Source of the DNA: Octopus sinensis
Lineage: Eukaryota
Length of the DNA stretch: 64,000 bases
Assembly: GCF_006345805.1 (NCBI RefSeq)
Contig: NC_043021.1
Span: 7,688,001-7,752,000, forward strand
Direction: 5' to 3'
Below the pieces are notes generated by a model. That model was given only the letters and a program-made list of their open reading frames with translations, had not been told where the DNA came from and did no database searches. The number at the start of each line of letters is the position of its first letter. Position 1 is the first letter of the stretch. Of the stretch, positions 37,570-51,482 are shown one piece after another. Made by a program: the position numbers and the translations under genes.

Positions 37570-37708
37570 AGAATTTGGAGGATGTGAACAGTAAGCAAAG
37601 ATATAAGACAAATGGCTGAAGGAGATTAGAATAGAATGCCTGGTAGAACTCCTACAGAAAGTTTGTTTCTTAGGGTCAGCAAGGATTATCAGGAGGGTTC
37701 TTAGCACT
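37570..37708 (+). mobile_element. R4/Dong-like (RLE) LINE C-terminal fragment
   Basis: TVSKDI(fs)DKWLKEIRIECLVELLQKVCFLGSARIIRRVLST resembles the LQK..LLG.A.I.R.VL end of R4-clade ORFs; adjacent to (AAT)n. Confidence 0.6.
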
Positions 37709-37872
37709 GGAAAGACAACCCGGCTGAAACCGGCTCTGGTTCTGTAGTACAAATGTCTTGTTTTTGTAAGTTTTTAATTAAAATCTTCCACCAAACCTTA
37801 GTCACAATTTATGTTCCTAACACTAGCTTAATGATAACCAAGTTATTTTACTAAATTCCTTGTTATATTTAA

Positions 37873-38093
37873 CCCTTTTGATACCAACCTGGCTGACACT
37901 GCCTCTGGCTCTGTCGTACAAATGTCTTGTTTTTGTAAGTTTTGAATTAAAATCTTCCACCAAACCTTAGTCACAATTTAGATTCCTAACACTAGCTTAA
38001 TGATAACTAAGTTATTTTACTAAATTTATTGTTACATTTAAAGTAATTGAAAGAAACACAGAGCATCTCAAAATAAATGCAGTAATGAATGGG
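37873..38093. mobile_element. piggyBac-type MITE P2 inserted in a partial P2 (37715-37872)
   Basis: TTAA-cccttttgatacc ... aatggg-TTAA. Confidence 0.85.
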
Positions 38094-38491
38094 TTAAACA
38101 TAAATGTTCAATTAGAACAAACTATACTGTGGTAGATACTACGAGACAACTCCTCATATTGGTTTTTAGTGCAAAATGATTTCGTTTATATTCCTAGCAG
38201 GGATTAGGTAGAATTTCAGATCACACTGTAATTATAATTGACAATTTTAGTGATCACTTTTCCATTATTGCATGGGTCAGATGGAATTCATTGCGATAGA
38301 TTTCTCTATAGCCTGATGCTCTTCATGTCACCAACCCTCGCCTGTTTCCAAGTAAGGTAATATTTCCCTATGACCAGATATGTTTTTACGGAAATTGAAT
38401 GACAGTGCTTGTATGAGGGTGACACTCGTTTACAACTCTCATGCAAAGTCAAGACAAGGGGACATGACATACACACAGGCACACACTGATT

Positions 38492-38588
38492 TTTATATAT
38501 ATATACATATATATACATACTTATACATATACATATGCATACATACATATACAAACATACATGCATATATACATACATGCATATATAT

Positions 38589-38624
<36 letters not shown>

Positions 38625-40383
38625 GATATATATATATACATGATATATATGTATATACATGCATATATATATACACATTCATGCATATATATATACACAT
38701 TCATGCATATATATATAAATTCATGCATATATATATATATACATACATGCATATATATATATATAATACATATATATACATACATGCATACATATATATA
38801 TACATACATACATATATATATACATACATACATATATATATACATACATGCATACATATATATATACATACATGCATACATATATATATATACATACATG
38901 CATATATATACATACATGCATACATACATATATACATACATGCATACATACATATATACATACATGCATACATACATATATACATACATGCATACATACA
39001 TATATATACATACATGCATACATACATATATATACATACATGCATACATACATATATATACATACATGCATAATACATATATATACATGCATACATACAT
39101 ATATATATATACATACATGCATACATACATATATATATATACATACATGCATACATACATATATATACATACATGCATATATATATACATACATGCATAT
39201 ATACATACATGCATATATACTTACATATATATACATACATGCATATATACATACATGCATATATACATACATGCATATATACATACATATATACATACAT
39301 GCATATATACATACATGCATATATACATACATGCATATATACATACATATATACATACATGCATATATACATACATATATACATACATGCCTATATACAT
39401 ACATATATACATACATGCCTATATACATACATATATACATACATGCCTATATACATACATATATACATACATGCATATATACATGCATATATACATACAT
39501 GCATATATACATACATATATACATACATGCATATATACATACATGCATATATACATACATGCATATATACATACATGCATATATACATACATATATACAT
39601 ACATATATACATGCATATATACATACATGCATATATATATATACATACATGCATATATACATGCTTATATACATACATGCATATATACATGCATATATAC
39701 ATGCTTATATACATACATGCATATATACATACATGCATATATACATGCATATATACATACATGCATATATACATACATGCATATATACATACATGCATAT
39801 ATATACATACATGCATATATACATACATGCATATATATACATACATGCATATATACATACATGCATTATACATACATGCATATATACATACATACATACA
39901 TGCATATACATACATATATATACATACATGCATATATATACATACATGCATATATATACATTCACATATATATACATACATGCATATATATATACATTCA
40001 TGCATATATATACATTCACATATATATATATATATATATACATACATATATATATACATACATATATATATACATACATATATACATACATACATATATA
40101 TACATACATACATATATATACATAAATACATATACATACATACATATATATATATACATAAATACATATATATACATAAATACATATACATACATATATA
40201 TATACATAAATACATATATATATATACATAAATACATATATATACATATAAATATATATATATATATATGTACATATAAATATATATATATTTACATACA
40301 TATATATATATACACATATATACATAAATACATATATATACATATAAATATACATACATATATATACATGCATATACATATAA

Positions 40384-40441
<58 letters not shown>
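38492..40441. repeat. About 2-kb complex (TA/CA/TG) satellite-like array
   Basis: Units such as tatacatacatgca drifting along the array; ends in (TA)n(GA)n. Confidence 0.95.
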
Positions 40442-40475
<34 letters not shown>

Positions 40476-40505
40476 AAACAACAAAAGACAAAGACAAGTA
40501 GACAA

Positions 40506-40640
40506 AACAAACAGATGTATTAGTTAATGCTCGGGAAGTGAAAAAGTCTTTAACGTTTCAAGCCTACGCTCTTCCACAGAAAGGAACACAGAAAGAAACA
40601 ATGGGAGAAAATAAAGGGCGTGTAGCGGCTAGCGATCTAT
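40506..40640 (-). mobile_element. Probable Penelope-like terminal repeat fragment
   Basis: Inverted homologue of 50224-50350 (gaagagcgtaggctcgaaa-gt-aaagact); classification from motif memory only. Confidence 0.45.
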
Positions 40641-41481
40641 CACGGCAAATGGTGTTGTATACATAGATATAACATAACAGGCTAATTTCAATTCCCATCC
40701 ACCTAATCCACTAACAAAACTTTGGTCGGCATAGGGTTACGATAAAAGACACTTACCCAAGATGCCCTGTAATGAGACTGAACTTGGAAAAACATGTAAC
40801 TGGGAAGCAAATATCGTAACCATGCAGCTATTCTTGTGCCAATATATCCGTATAAACTTAAGACTTCCAACCAAATTTATGGTCTTTTATATGAAACAAA
40901 AAAAGAAAGAGGTAACTTCCTGAAAGAGGAGAAATTGATTTGACGAAAAGTAGGATAATCAATTCACAAGAATTATTCCCTGAACTTTGGACATCATTAG
41001 CAGAGGGACATGTTTCAGATGACCTGCACAAAGTAGTGACAAGATTGCTAACATGAGTGATGTTACATTTCATTTTTTTTTTTTTTAATGTTTAAACATC
41101 TTTATCAACAAAAATGACCTTTGGTTAAAAACATTTTATAAACAAAGTAAATATTTTTTTTTACTTATTTTTTTTTTCTCTCTCTTTCCATTTCTGCATA
41201 AATTCATTCATTCATTCATTCATTCATTCAGATGTTTATTCATCCCTTAACTCTTTCGTTACCACATTTCTGCTAACATATTCTGCCTTTATTTCAATTC
41301 ATTTTTAAAATAATGAAGTATTTAGTAAAATAACTTTCTAATTATGAAGCTAGGGTCTGGAATAATTTAGCATAAAATTTTGATGGAAGATTATAAGATT
41401 ATAATTTATACCATTCTAAAACAGTAGTAAGTTAGTCATAGAACTTGCAGCAGTCTCAGGTGGGTTGGTATTTAAAGAGCT

Positions 41482-41707
41482 AGGCGGTGAGCTGGCAGAA
41501 TCGTTAGCATGCCGGGCGAAATGCTCAGCGGTATTTCGTCTGCCACTACGTTCTGAGTTCAACTTCCGCCAAAGTTGACTTTGCCTTTCATCCTTTCGGA
41601 GTCGATTAAGTACCAGTTATGCACTGGGGTTGATATAATCTACTTAATCCGTTTGTCTGTCCGTGTTTGTTCTGTGTGTTTAGCCCCTTGTGGGTAGTAA
41701 AGAAATA
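41482..41707 (+). mobile_element. SINE-B
   Basis: TSD ggtatttaaagag at 41467-41479 and 41708-41720. Confidence 0.9.
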
Positions 41708-42510
41708 GGTATTTAAAGAGTTAACCAATTTTACTGTTCATCAAGGTCTTCTTTCCAACTACCCTCTGTCATCTTTATATATGGCAGACTAGCCACATAC
41801 CTCCTTTACAGCAAGACACCTCTATCCTACATTAACTTCTCAACATCTGCCATAGAGCCATTTCATCCTCTTCTCCAACCAAACTCAGTACTGGGGTCTT
41901 TTTCTTTGAGTTACATGCACCCATACACATACACATGTGCATGCATACACATGCATGCACTTACACATGCACACACACCCATTACACATGCACATTAGTG
42001 TCAGTGTCATGAAAAAAGCACTCAATACATTCTGTAAAGTGTTTGGCATTAGGGAGGGAGGGCATCCCTCTATAAACCATACCAAAGCAAACACCGGAGC
42101 TGAACACAGTCCTCAGGCTTGTTTGGATCTTGTCCAACTAACCAACCCCTACCAACATGGAAGACAGACATTAAATGGTGATGACGATGATGATGATGAC
42201 AACAACGATGACACAATTGTTTCTTCAAGATGAACAAGATAACAGCAAAAAATTCAATTTAATTCCTAACTTCATTCATTAAAGATTCTTTTCTTTAAAT
42301 TTGAAAATTTATTCCTTCAAGAGAGTTGCAGCTGACAAACACAATGAGGAACAAGCTGACTCGCCACAGGGATTAATGCATTGGCTGAAAGAAGCAAGCT
42401 GAGTAGCCATCCCGGTGAGGTGGGGGGGGGGGGGGGGAGAAGCAGTCAACAGTTAGTAACAAGTCACCAGTTCTTGGTTTACCAGTTTCTTGACAAACTA
42501 GCTTGACAAA

Positions 42511-42957
42511 ACCGGCTCTGGCTCTGTAGTACAAATGTCTTGTTTTCAAAAGTTTTGAATTAAAATCTTCCACCAAACCTTAGTCACAATTTATGTTCCT
42601 AACACTAACTGAATGGTAACCAAATTATTTTACTAAATTCTTTGTTATATGTAAAATTAATTGAAAGAAACACAAAGTATCTCGAAATAAATACAGTAAC
42701 GAAAGGGTTAACCCTTTAGCTTTGAAATTTAATGATGTGATTTCATATTTTATGAATGACATCGCAGGATAAGTGCAAGAGTTCAAACCTGGTCAGTTTG
42801 AATATAAAACAGGCAGAATATTTGGGCCAGATACAGCTGGTTGATTATGTGACTATATTTTTTGAACTAACATTGTGAGAGGCAGGATCTGGCCAGATTG
42901 AACTTGAGAATGGAAGAATATTTTAGTCGGATATGGCCAGTTTAAATGTTAAATGGT
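42511..42957. mobile_element. P2 (to 42707) and degenerate P1 (from 42712) sharing one TTAA
   Basis: gaaaggg-TTAA-ccctttagc at 42701-42720. Confidence 0.75.
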
Positions 42958-43120
42958 TGAAAAATCATATTGTAGTTTTATAATTAACCCTTTAGCATTT
43001 AAAGTGGTTATATGCAGCCAAAATATTCAACCAGTTTTATGTTCAAAACTGACCAATATCCAGCCTCTTAAATTTACACTACAATGTCATTCTAAAAATA
43101 AACAATCGTGACATCAAAAT

Positions 43121-43396
43121 GATGCCAGCGCCACCTGACTGGCGTCCATGTCGGTGACACGTAAAAAGCACCAACCGATCGCAGCCGTTTGCCAGCCTCC
43201 TCTGGCCCCTGTGCCGGCGGCACATAAAAAGCACCCACTACACTCGGGGAGTGGTTGGTGTTAGGAAAGGCACCCAGCCGTAGAAACACTGCCAGATCAG
43301 ACTGAAGCCTGGTGCAGCCTCATGGCTTCCCAGATCCCTGGTCGAACCGTCCAACCCATGCTAGCATGGAAAACGGATGTTAAACGATGATGATGA
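43121..43396 (+). mobile_element. SINE-D
   Basis: Two internal motifs, core and (GAT)n tail. Confidence 0.88.
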
Positions 43397-44973
43397 AGTT
43401 GAGAACCACTAATTTAGATCATTTTAAAACCAGATGGTTTCTATCATAGAACTTGGAAGTGGGGTGGGCTCAAGCAGGCTGGTAGCAAAAGGGGTAAGTG
43501 TTTTGAGTTGCTAAATCTATGCCATAGCTATGTTCAAACAGATCAACTGACCGACAAAGTATACAACTTCTGGGTAACATGCTTTTTGTTTTAGTTTTTA
43601 TTCTTTGCTTTTTGAAATAAAGAAGAAAAAAATCATTGTCTGAAAGGTTTATATAATATTTTAATGGCTAATATGACACTGAACTTTCATACTTTGACCT
43701 TGTAACTAATTTTTTCCCCTAGAAATTTGATTCATTCTAGTTATTTAATATTTTAATCAGATGGTATTGTTAATTTTCTAGAAATAAACAGAGAATAAAA
43801 AAATCAGTGCATGAGAAAGTGAGACAGACGGACAGACAAATTGACAGACAGAAAGAGAATGTATGTGTGCATGTGTGGGTGTGATGCATACATACTCCCA
43901 CATGATAAGACCAAAAATTGGGAATTTGTGTTACTGAGTTCAATTTTTATGGAACCAGGCTAGTAAAACATTTTGAAGAATAAATGATAGCAGGTCAAGG
44001 CAACAAAAGTATTGATATAAAATGGGTGAGTTAACAATAAAGAGTAAAGACCCATTTCAGTCATGAATGACCATGGGATTGCACCATGAAAGTTCTCCTC
44101 CTTTGCCCAGTCTATTCTTATTCTAGCAGCTATGCTCTCAAAGAATCCACCCCTACTACTGACTTGGTCACCTAGGTAATGGAAGCTACTACTACTACTA
44201 CTACTAGTTCTAGTTTTTTCCCCTGGCATGTAATAGAATCTATTTTCTGTACATTATATGTGTGTGTGTGGTGTGTGTGTGTGTGCATTATAAGTATGAC
44301 AAGCGTCTTTCAGTTTCCATCTACTAAATCCACTCACAAGTCTTCGGTCAGCCCAATGTTATAGTAGAAGGCACTTGCCCAAGGTGTCCCACAGTAGGAC
44401 TGAACCTGGAACCATGTGGTTAGGAAGCAAGCTTTATACCACACAGCCATGCCTGCACCTATGAAATTAAGAATTTATTAAAGTAACTTTGTCATTATTT
44501 ATTAAGCTGGTGTTTGGAAGGGTTTAATTTAGATAATTTAAAACAGGAAGTTTGCATCATAGACCCAAGGGTGACCTCATCATGTTGGTTGGTATCAAAA
44601 GGATTAATTAATTACTCAGGAAACTTCATAAAGATATACAATCCTAACTGTTCTAGGATACATTTAATTCAATTATATGTAGTTGAACATCTTCAGGTTT
44701 CTTCAAATTGCTTCCAAGTAAAATGGGCGTCTGGAATCTTTAGAATACCTCCTTAACATTTTTTTTTATTCTAAATTCCAACCAATTTTTCTTTCAGTGA
44801 AGAAAGAAATGTACTTTTGGCATTATCACTATGTAAATGCCCCATAATTTAGTAATGTAAATCTCTGCTTGCTAAGCTAATATCAATAACAGAAAATATA
44901 CTCCTGCAATAAATATACAAGGATCCTTCATGTGTAGGGATCATCATTGTGCTTCAGTTGACAGTATCTTAAA

Positions 44974-46463
44974 TTATAATCCTACATAAAGGAGGTAGCA
45001 GAGCAGAGGCCAGGAATTACAGACCTATCTCTCTGACCTCACACATCAGCAAGGTCATGGAACGAATAGTCAGAAGGAAACTAATCACCTTCCTTGAAGA
45101 AAATGATTTGCTGCCTGACACCCAACATGGTTTCTGACCAGGATCAAGCTGCCTGACTCAGCTCTTACAACACTACGACTGGGTGCTGAAACAGCTGCTC
45201 AAATGTGGAAGCCATATATCTCGACTTTGCAAAGGCCTTTGATAAAGTCGATCATGGAATGATATGTCACAAATTGCGTGATCTCGGCATAGTTGGAAAA
45301 TTGGGAGAATGGCTTCATGACTTTCTGAAGGATAGAAGTCAAGTGGTAGTAGCCAATGGGGCCACCTCCAATGACATGCAAATAGTGAGCGGTGTTCCGC
45401 AAGGCACTGTTTTGGGACCACTACTATTCATAATGGCCCTCTCAAACATGCCTTCAACCACACAGAGAGCCACAATCACAAGTTATGCAAATGATACAAA
45501 AGTCTCACAGGTAATACAGAACCCTGAAGACACTATGCACCTGCAATGTGAGCTGGATGAAATATACAAGTGGGCTAAAAAGAATAGCATGCAGTTTAAT
45601 TCTGAAAAGTTTCAAGCCTTGTGCTATCAGCATGCAAAACTAAATTCAATACCCATTAAATACACTGGACCTGGAGGGATTGCAATCCCAGAGGTACAGT
45701 CAGTGTGAGACCTGGGCATTTACGTGAGTAATGATGCATCCTTCCATGTGCATGTTGCTAAATTGGCAATGAAATGCAGGCAGCTGACTGGATGGATTCT
45801 TAGAACTTTTAGAACAAGAAATTAGGAAACCATGATGGTCCTCTGGAGGACACTTGTCCTAAGCCACTTTGACTATTGCTCTCAGCTATGGTCACCATCC
45901 AGTGTCAAATTAATCTCAGAACTTGAGGCAATCTAACGAAGCTACATGAAGAAGATAGCCTCTGTGCAGCATATACGCTACTGGGAAAGACTCAAGAGAT
46001 TAAGACTCTATTCCTTAGAGTGTAAGCGAGAAAGATATACCATAATATACATCTAGAAGATCCTGGAAGGACTTGTCCCAAACTTTGGCATCGAGAGTTA
46101 CACAAGTACTAGAACTGGGCGCCACTGCATAGTGCCAAGGACTCCAAATTTGCCATCAAGATACTGCAATAGCCTGAGCTTCAGAGATCCATAGCTTTTA
46201 AATACCCTCCCAAAAGGACCTGAGAGAACTGCATGGGGTGGATGTAGGTGTCTTCAAAATAAAGCTGGACCTCTAACTGTCCAGTGTCCCAGATGAGCCA
46301 ACTTCACGGCAGGAGGTGCAGATGAGGGCAGCAGCATAAAAGTCCCTCATGCAGCAAATGTCAATTCCTAAAAAGCATTTGTGAAGTAAAATTATGCAGC
46401 AACAGAAAGTGGCGGTGCCCCAGCATGACCACAGCTCATGAGCTGAAGCAAGATATTTAAAAA
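44974..46463 (+). pseudogene. 5'-truncated CR1/L2-group LINE reverse transcriptase (inactivated)
   Basis: HKGGSRAEARNYRPISLTSHISKVMERIV...QHGF*; YLDFAKAFDKVDH; SGVPQGTVLGPLLF; YANDTK (YADD decayed); LDYCSQLWSP-like; multiple stops and frameshifts; 3' end ggcggtgccccagcatgaccacagc. Confidence 0.92.
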
Positions 46464-46513
46464 TATATATATATACATATGTATATGTATATACACACAC
46501 ACACATATATATA

Positions 46514-46556
<43 letters not shown>

Positions 46557-46749
46557 GGTGCTCCAGCATGACCACAGATGCACGGCTAAAAAGAGTAAAA
46601 GAGTATGTAAAAATATGTGTGTAAAAATATATATTATATATGTAAATATATGTATAAGTGTATATATGCATATACAGTATATATGCATATATATACACAC
46701 ACAGACACAGTATATATACATAGATATATATACATATATACGCAGTATG

Positions 46750-46839
<90 letters not shown>

Positions 46840-46894
46840 GAAAAAACAAGTCAAAAATAGAAAATGCTAAGATGATTTTATAGTGAATCTATAG

Positions 46895-46938
<44 letters not shown>

Positions 46939-47693
46939 ATATATTACGTATATAAATAAATAAATATAAGTATGTGTATATGTATTTAAAGATTAGGCTT
47001 AGGATTGTAATCCACTTCAGCTAGTCAATTAAAATCAGATAATTATTTGATCATTTTAATTATCAAAAAGAAAGGCTTTAAAACGTTTCAACAATGGATA
47101 CAGATAACACTGTACGTTCCAGAAATTCTAGTTCAGTCCAGCTGCATAGAATTTTGGGAAAATGTCTTCAAATGTGTGTGTATGTGTGTGTGTGTGTACA
47201 CATATATAGACAGAATTTTATATATAATATATTTATTTATGTCATATGTATATATTATATTCATACATATATTGTGTATATAATACACATCAAATATATA
47301 TTGTAATACATATATGTATAATATACAAGTATATATATATATGTGTGTGTATAAATATATATATATATATATATCATTTATATATATATTGTGTGTGTTT
47401 ATATATATGCATACATATATCATTTATATATATTGTGTGTGTTTATATATATGCATACATATATACAAACACACACTCTCACATTCATATATATATACAC
47501 ACACTCACAAATATACCTATATACATATACACACACACACACGCTTATATCTATCTACACACACATGTATATATATATATATAAATAAACACACACATAT
47601 ATATATATATAGATACATACATATATATAAATAAACACACACACACACATATATATATATAGATACTACATATATAGATACATACATATATAG

Positions 47694-47724
<31 letters not shown>

Positions 47725-47857
47725 ATATATATATATAATATAAAAAACACACACCACACACACATATATATATATATACATACACGTGTGTGTGTATATA
47801 TAAATACACATATAAATACACAACATTCACACACACACTAACACACACATATATTAT

Positions 47858-47889
<32 letters not shown>

Positions 47890-48292
47890 AAAACTTTATA
47901 ACATCTGTGGGTGTGCGCCTATGCCTATTGTTCATCTCTCTCTCGCTCTTTCGTGTGTGTGATTTACGTAGCATGACAGATACACATTTACGACTTCCCA
48001 CTCAAAAAGTTATCACATGACGAGAGCATGATCACAGGTCGGACAAGATGAACCTGCAACAACAGTCGGCACTTTAGTCCCCCCACCCCACCCCATCCAC
48101 CCACTCCTCTCCATCTCTCTCTCACACACACACACAAACAAACACACGGAAAGACAAATACACACACAGTGGTATTGACTTCACAGTTCTGCAAGACCAC
48201 GAAATAACAACAGCCACCACCCACATTATTCTCGTGTCCCATATGGTAATATGAACATCACACGAAAGCAACAGTATTCCACATCCTATATA

Positions 48293-48560
48293 CTCTCTTT
48301 TACTCTCTTTTACTTGTTTCAGTCATTTGACTGCGGCCATGCTGGAGCACCGCCTTTTAATCGAGCAAATCGACCCCGGGACTTATTCTTTTTGTAAGCC
48401 CAGTACTTATTCTATCGGTCTCTTTTTGCCGAACCGCTAAGTTACGGGGACGGTTGTCAAGCAATGCTAGGGGGACAAACACAGACACACAAACACACAC
48501 ACACACACATATGCCTTGTGAGTGGATTTGGTAGGCGGAAACTGAAAGAAGCCTGTCGTA
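48293..48560 (-). mobile_element. SINE-A 3' two-thirds with deletions
   Basis: Duplicated tail tactctcttt, young body. Confidence 0.85.
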
Positions 48561-48578
48561 TATATGTGTATAAATGTG

Positions 48579-48610
<32 letters not shown>

Positions 48611-48614
48611 TATG

Positions 48615-49056
48615 ATGGTGGAACATAAAAAGCACCTGTAATGGTGGCACATAAAAAGCACTAGTGATGGTGGCACATAAAAAGCACTAGTGATGGTGGC
48701 ACATAAAAAGCACCGGTAATGGTGGCACATAAAAAGCACCGGTAATGGTGGCACATAAAAAGCACTAGTGATGGTGGCACATAAAAAGCACCGGTAATGG
48801 TGGCACATAAAAAGCACCGGTAATGGTGGCACATAAAATGCACCGGTGATGGTGGCACATAAAAAGCACCAGTGATGGTGGCACATAAAAACCACTGGTA
48901 ATGGTGGCACATAAAAAGCACCGGTGATGGTGGCACATAAAAAGCACCGGTAATGGTGGCACATAAAAAGCACCGGTAATGGTGGCACATAAAAAGCACC
49001 AGTAATGGTGACACATAAAAAGCACCAGTGATGGTGGCACATAAAAAGCACTGGTG
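48615..49056. repeat. 26-bp minisatellite (17 units) inside a SINE-D
   Basis: Unit atggtggcacataaaaagcaccggta; continues into the degenerate SINE-D core and tail (49057-49240). Confidence 0.95.
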
Positions 49057-50154
49057 CCATGTAAAAAATCTCCACTGCTGGTGCAATGTAAAAACAAATG
49101 CACCCAGTACACTATAAAATGAGTATCCAGCTGTAGAAACCGAGCCGAAACAGATTATGGAACTGGTGCAGCACCTGGCCTAGTTCCCATCTAGCCATCC
49201 AGCCATGCCAGCACGGAAAACAGATGTCAAATGATAATGACATGTAAATATGTGTGTGTGTATATGTATGCATGTATAATTTTTTATATATTTATATATA
49301 TATGTATTTGTGAAAGCTTTGTATCTCTGCTGTAAGGCTTCATTTCCGTACAAGCCAGCTGAATTCAATTCATCCCCAGTCGAAAGACACCTGTTGTTAT
49401 GTCCTGTTATTATTATTATTTTTATTGTATTTTGTGTTTATATTTGTGTAACATCGTCTGTTTTTCCGTCCTTGTTTTCATATACATTCGATGCTTTCTT
49501 CCAAGGAATCTAATGCTCTTAGCTTAGTTTTTCCTTGGGGCTGGCCAGATTGGAGCAATCTCAAGATTAATCAACTGAAATTGCAAGGATGATCTGGTTC
49601 TTGACTGAGGATAGAAAGCTTCAAATGACCCGTCCTTGTTTGCTTTTGTTTTTTTTTGTATTGTCTATTGGGATGTTTTGTTGTCCCTTTTTGTATCACC
49701 TAGTTGTCTGGATGTTTTGCATTCTTGTCCCATTTTGTATTTTATATATATATACATACACACACATATGTACATATATATATACATATATACACACATA
49801 TGTACATGCACAAACATACATACATACACACACATGTACATATATATACACGCATACATACACGTGTGTACATATATATATATACACACATATGTATACA
49901 TATATACATACACATGTATATATATATATGCATACATACACATGTATATATATATATATGTAAACGTAAAAAAATATATACAAACTGGGACAAGAACGTG
50001 AAACATTTAGAAGACGACACAAAAAACACAGGACGGGACATTCGAAGCCCTCAATCATCAGTCAAGAACCGGATCATCTTCGCAATTTCGGCTGATTAAT
50101 CTTGATATATATACATACACACACATGTGTGTATATATATATATATACATACAC

Positions 50155-50207
<53 letters not shown>

Positions 50208-50223
50208 ATATATATATATGTAC

Positions 50224-50420
50224 ATGTTGATTCGCTAGCTTCTGCACGCATTTTTTTTCTCTCCGTGTTTCTTTTCTGTGTATCTTTCTGTCGAAGAGCG
50301 TAGGCTCGAAATGTAAAAGACTTGTTTTATTTCTATTCCTGAGCGCCATACTAATACAATTGTTTGTTTGTATTCCACCTGCCTTCGTCTTTTGTTTATT
50401 TTCATAAAGCTTCCCGTTAT
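50224..50420 (+). mobile_element. Probable Penelope-like terminal repeat
   Basis: tctgtcgaagagcgtaggctcgaaatgtaaaagact motif; homologue at 40506-40640. Confidence 0.45.
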
Positions 50421-51220
50421 ATATACACTTACATACACATACACATACATGTACATATATAGATATAAAAATATCCATACATACACACATGTACATAAAT
50501 ATATATATATATACACATACACACACACACACACATATACATATGTACACACACTCAGTGAAAAAAAGGAAAACAGATATCAAATGATGCGATGAAAACT
50601 TCAACAACAAATTTTGATGTCAAAAGGGTGAAGCTCAGCTCAGAGATGGATCAAAATTTTTTCAAGATCAAATGAGTCTGAATGTCATTATTCTACAATA
50701 ATACTCAAAGAGAGGGACATTCTATGTACACAGAAATGCATGAGCTGAAGATAAGGAGAAATTAAAGGGACCGAATCCTAACATAAAGGGACAACAGTAA
50801 AGAGGTTAATCATACGGAAACACCTATACTTCTCTAACATGGAAGTTTACTGCAAATTCAATAGTCTGTTGGTTGACATTAACAAGAAATGTCAAGAAGA
50901 CAACTCTGTAACATTTATTAGGATTCACTTCAGCTATTCCAAGACAAATGCCAAATTCTTTGCTGCTGCTGCTGTTGTTGTTGTTGTTTCTGTCTTTTGG
51001 TTAATCTAATATAAATGTAGGAATGACCTGAACAGACAGACATCTGACACAGCTGTAGTCGTCCAAAATATTCATTCAACTTTTGTAATAATGTCCACCA
51101 CATCTTCATCGTATATGTATGTGTTAGCCAAAAATTTTGTATTAAAAATTTTGAGGTCCTTATGCAAACATACATTACATTATATATATATATATATATG
51201 TAGGTCCCGGGTTGAGTCGG

Positions 51221-51430
51221 GGTTAACCACAGTAAATAAGGTACTCAATACATAGCAGAGTAAAGTAATTTATTTTATAGAAGGAGCTTCTACAGGAATA
51301 GAACTGTTTCATTCAGATGAAATCTTCAGGAAGCTGGCTGTCGAAATAAGTTCTGGTATTTATGCATTTAGGCAGATTTAATGGAGTGGTGGTGGGGGAC
51401 GTTTTTTGGGTAGGTTGGTATTTAGGAGAT
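51221..51430 (-). mobile_element. Possible Penelope-like terminal fragment
   Basis: Minus-strand cctgaagatttcatctgaatgaaacag...ataaaataaatt resembles PLE ends. Confidence 0.3.
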
Positions 51431-51448
51431 AAATAGGGCACAAGCTAT

Positions 51449-51482
<34 letters not shown>

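Noticed and set aside
38306-40523. Up to 627-aa MYIYIH/MYVC ORFs
   Set aside because: Translation of a dinucleotide-derived array; the same applies to 12245-13285, 46273-47834, 49589-50610 and 63243-63576.
45205-45708. Functional reverse transcriptase gene
   Set aside because: Stops and frameshifts on both sides, YADD decayed to YAND, 5'-truncated.
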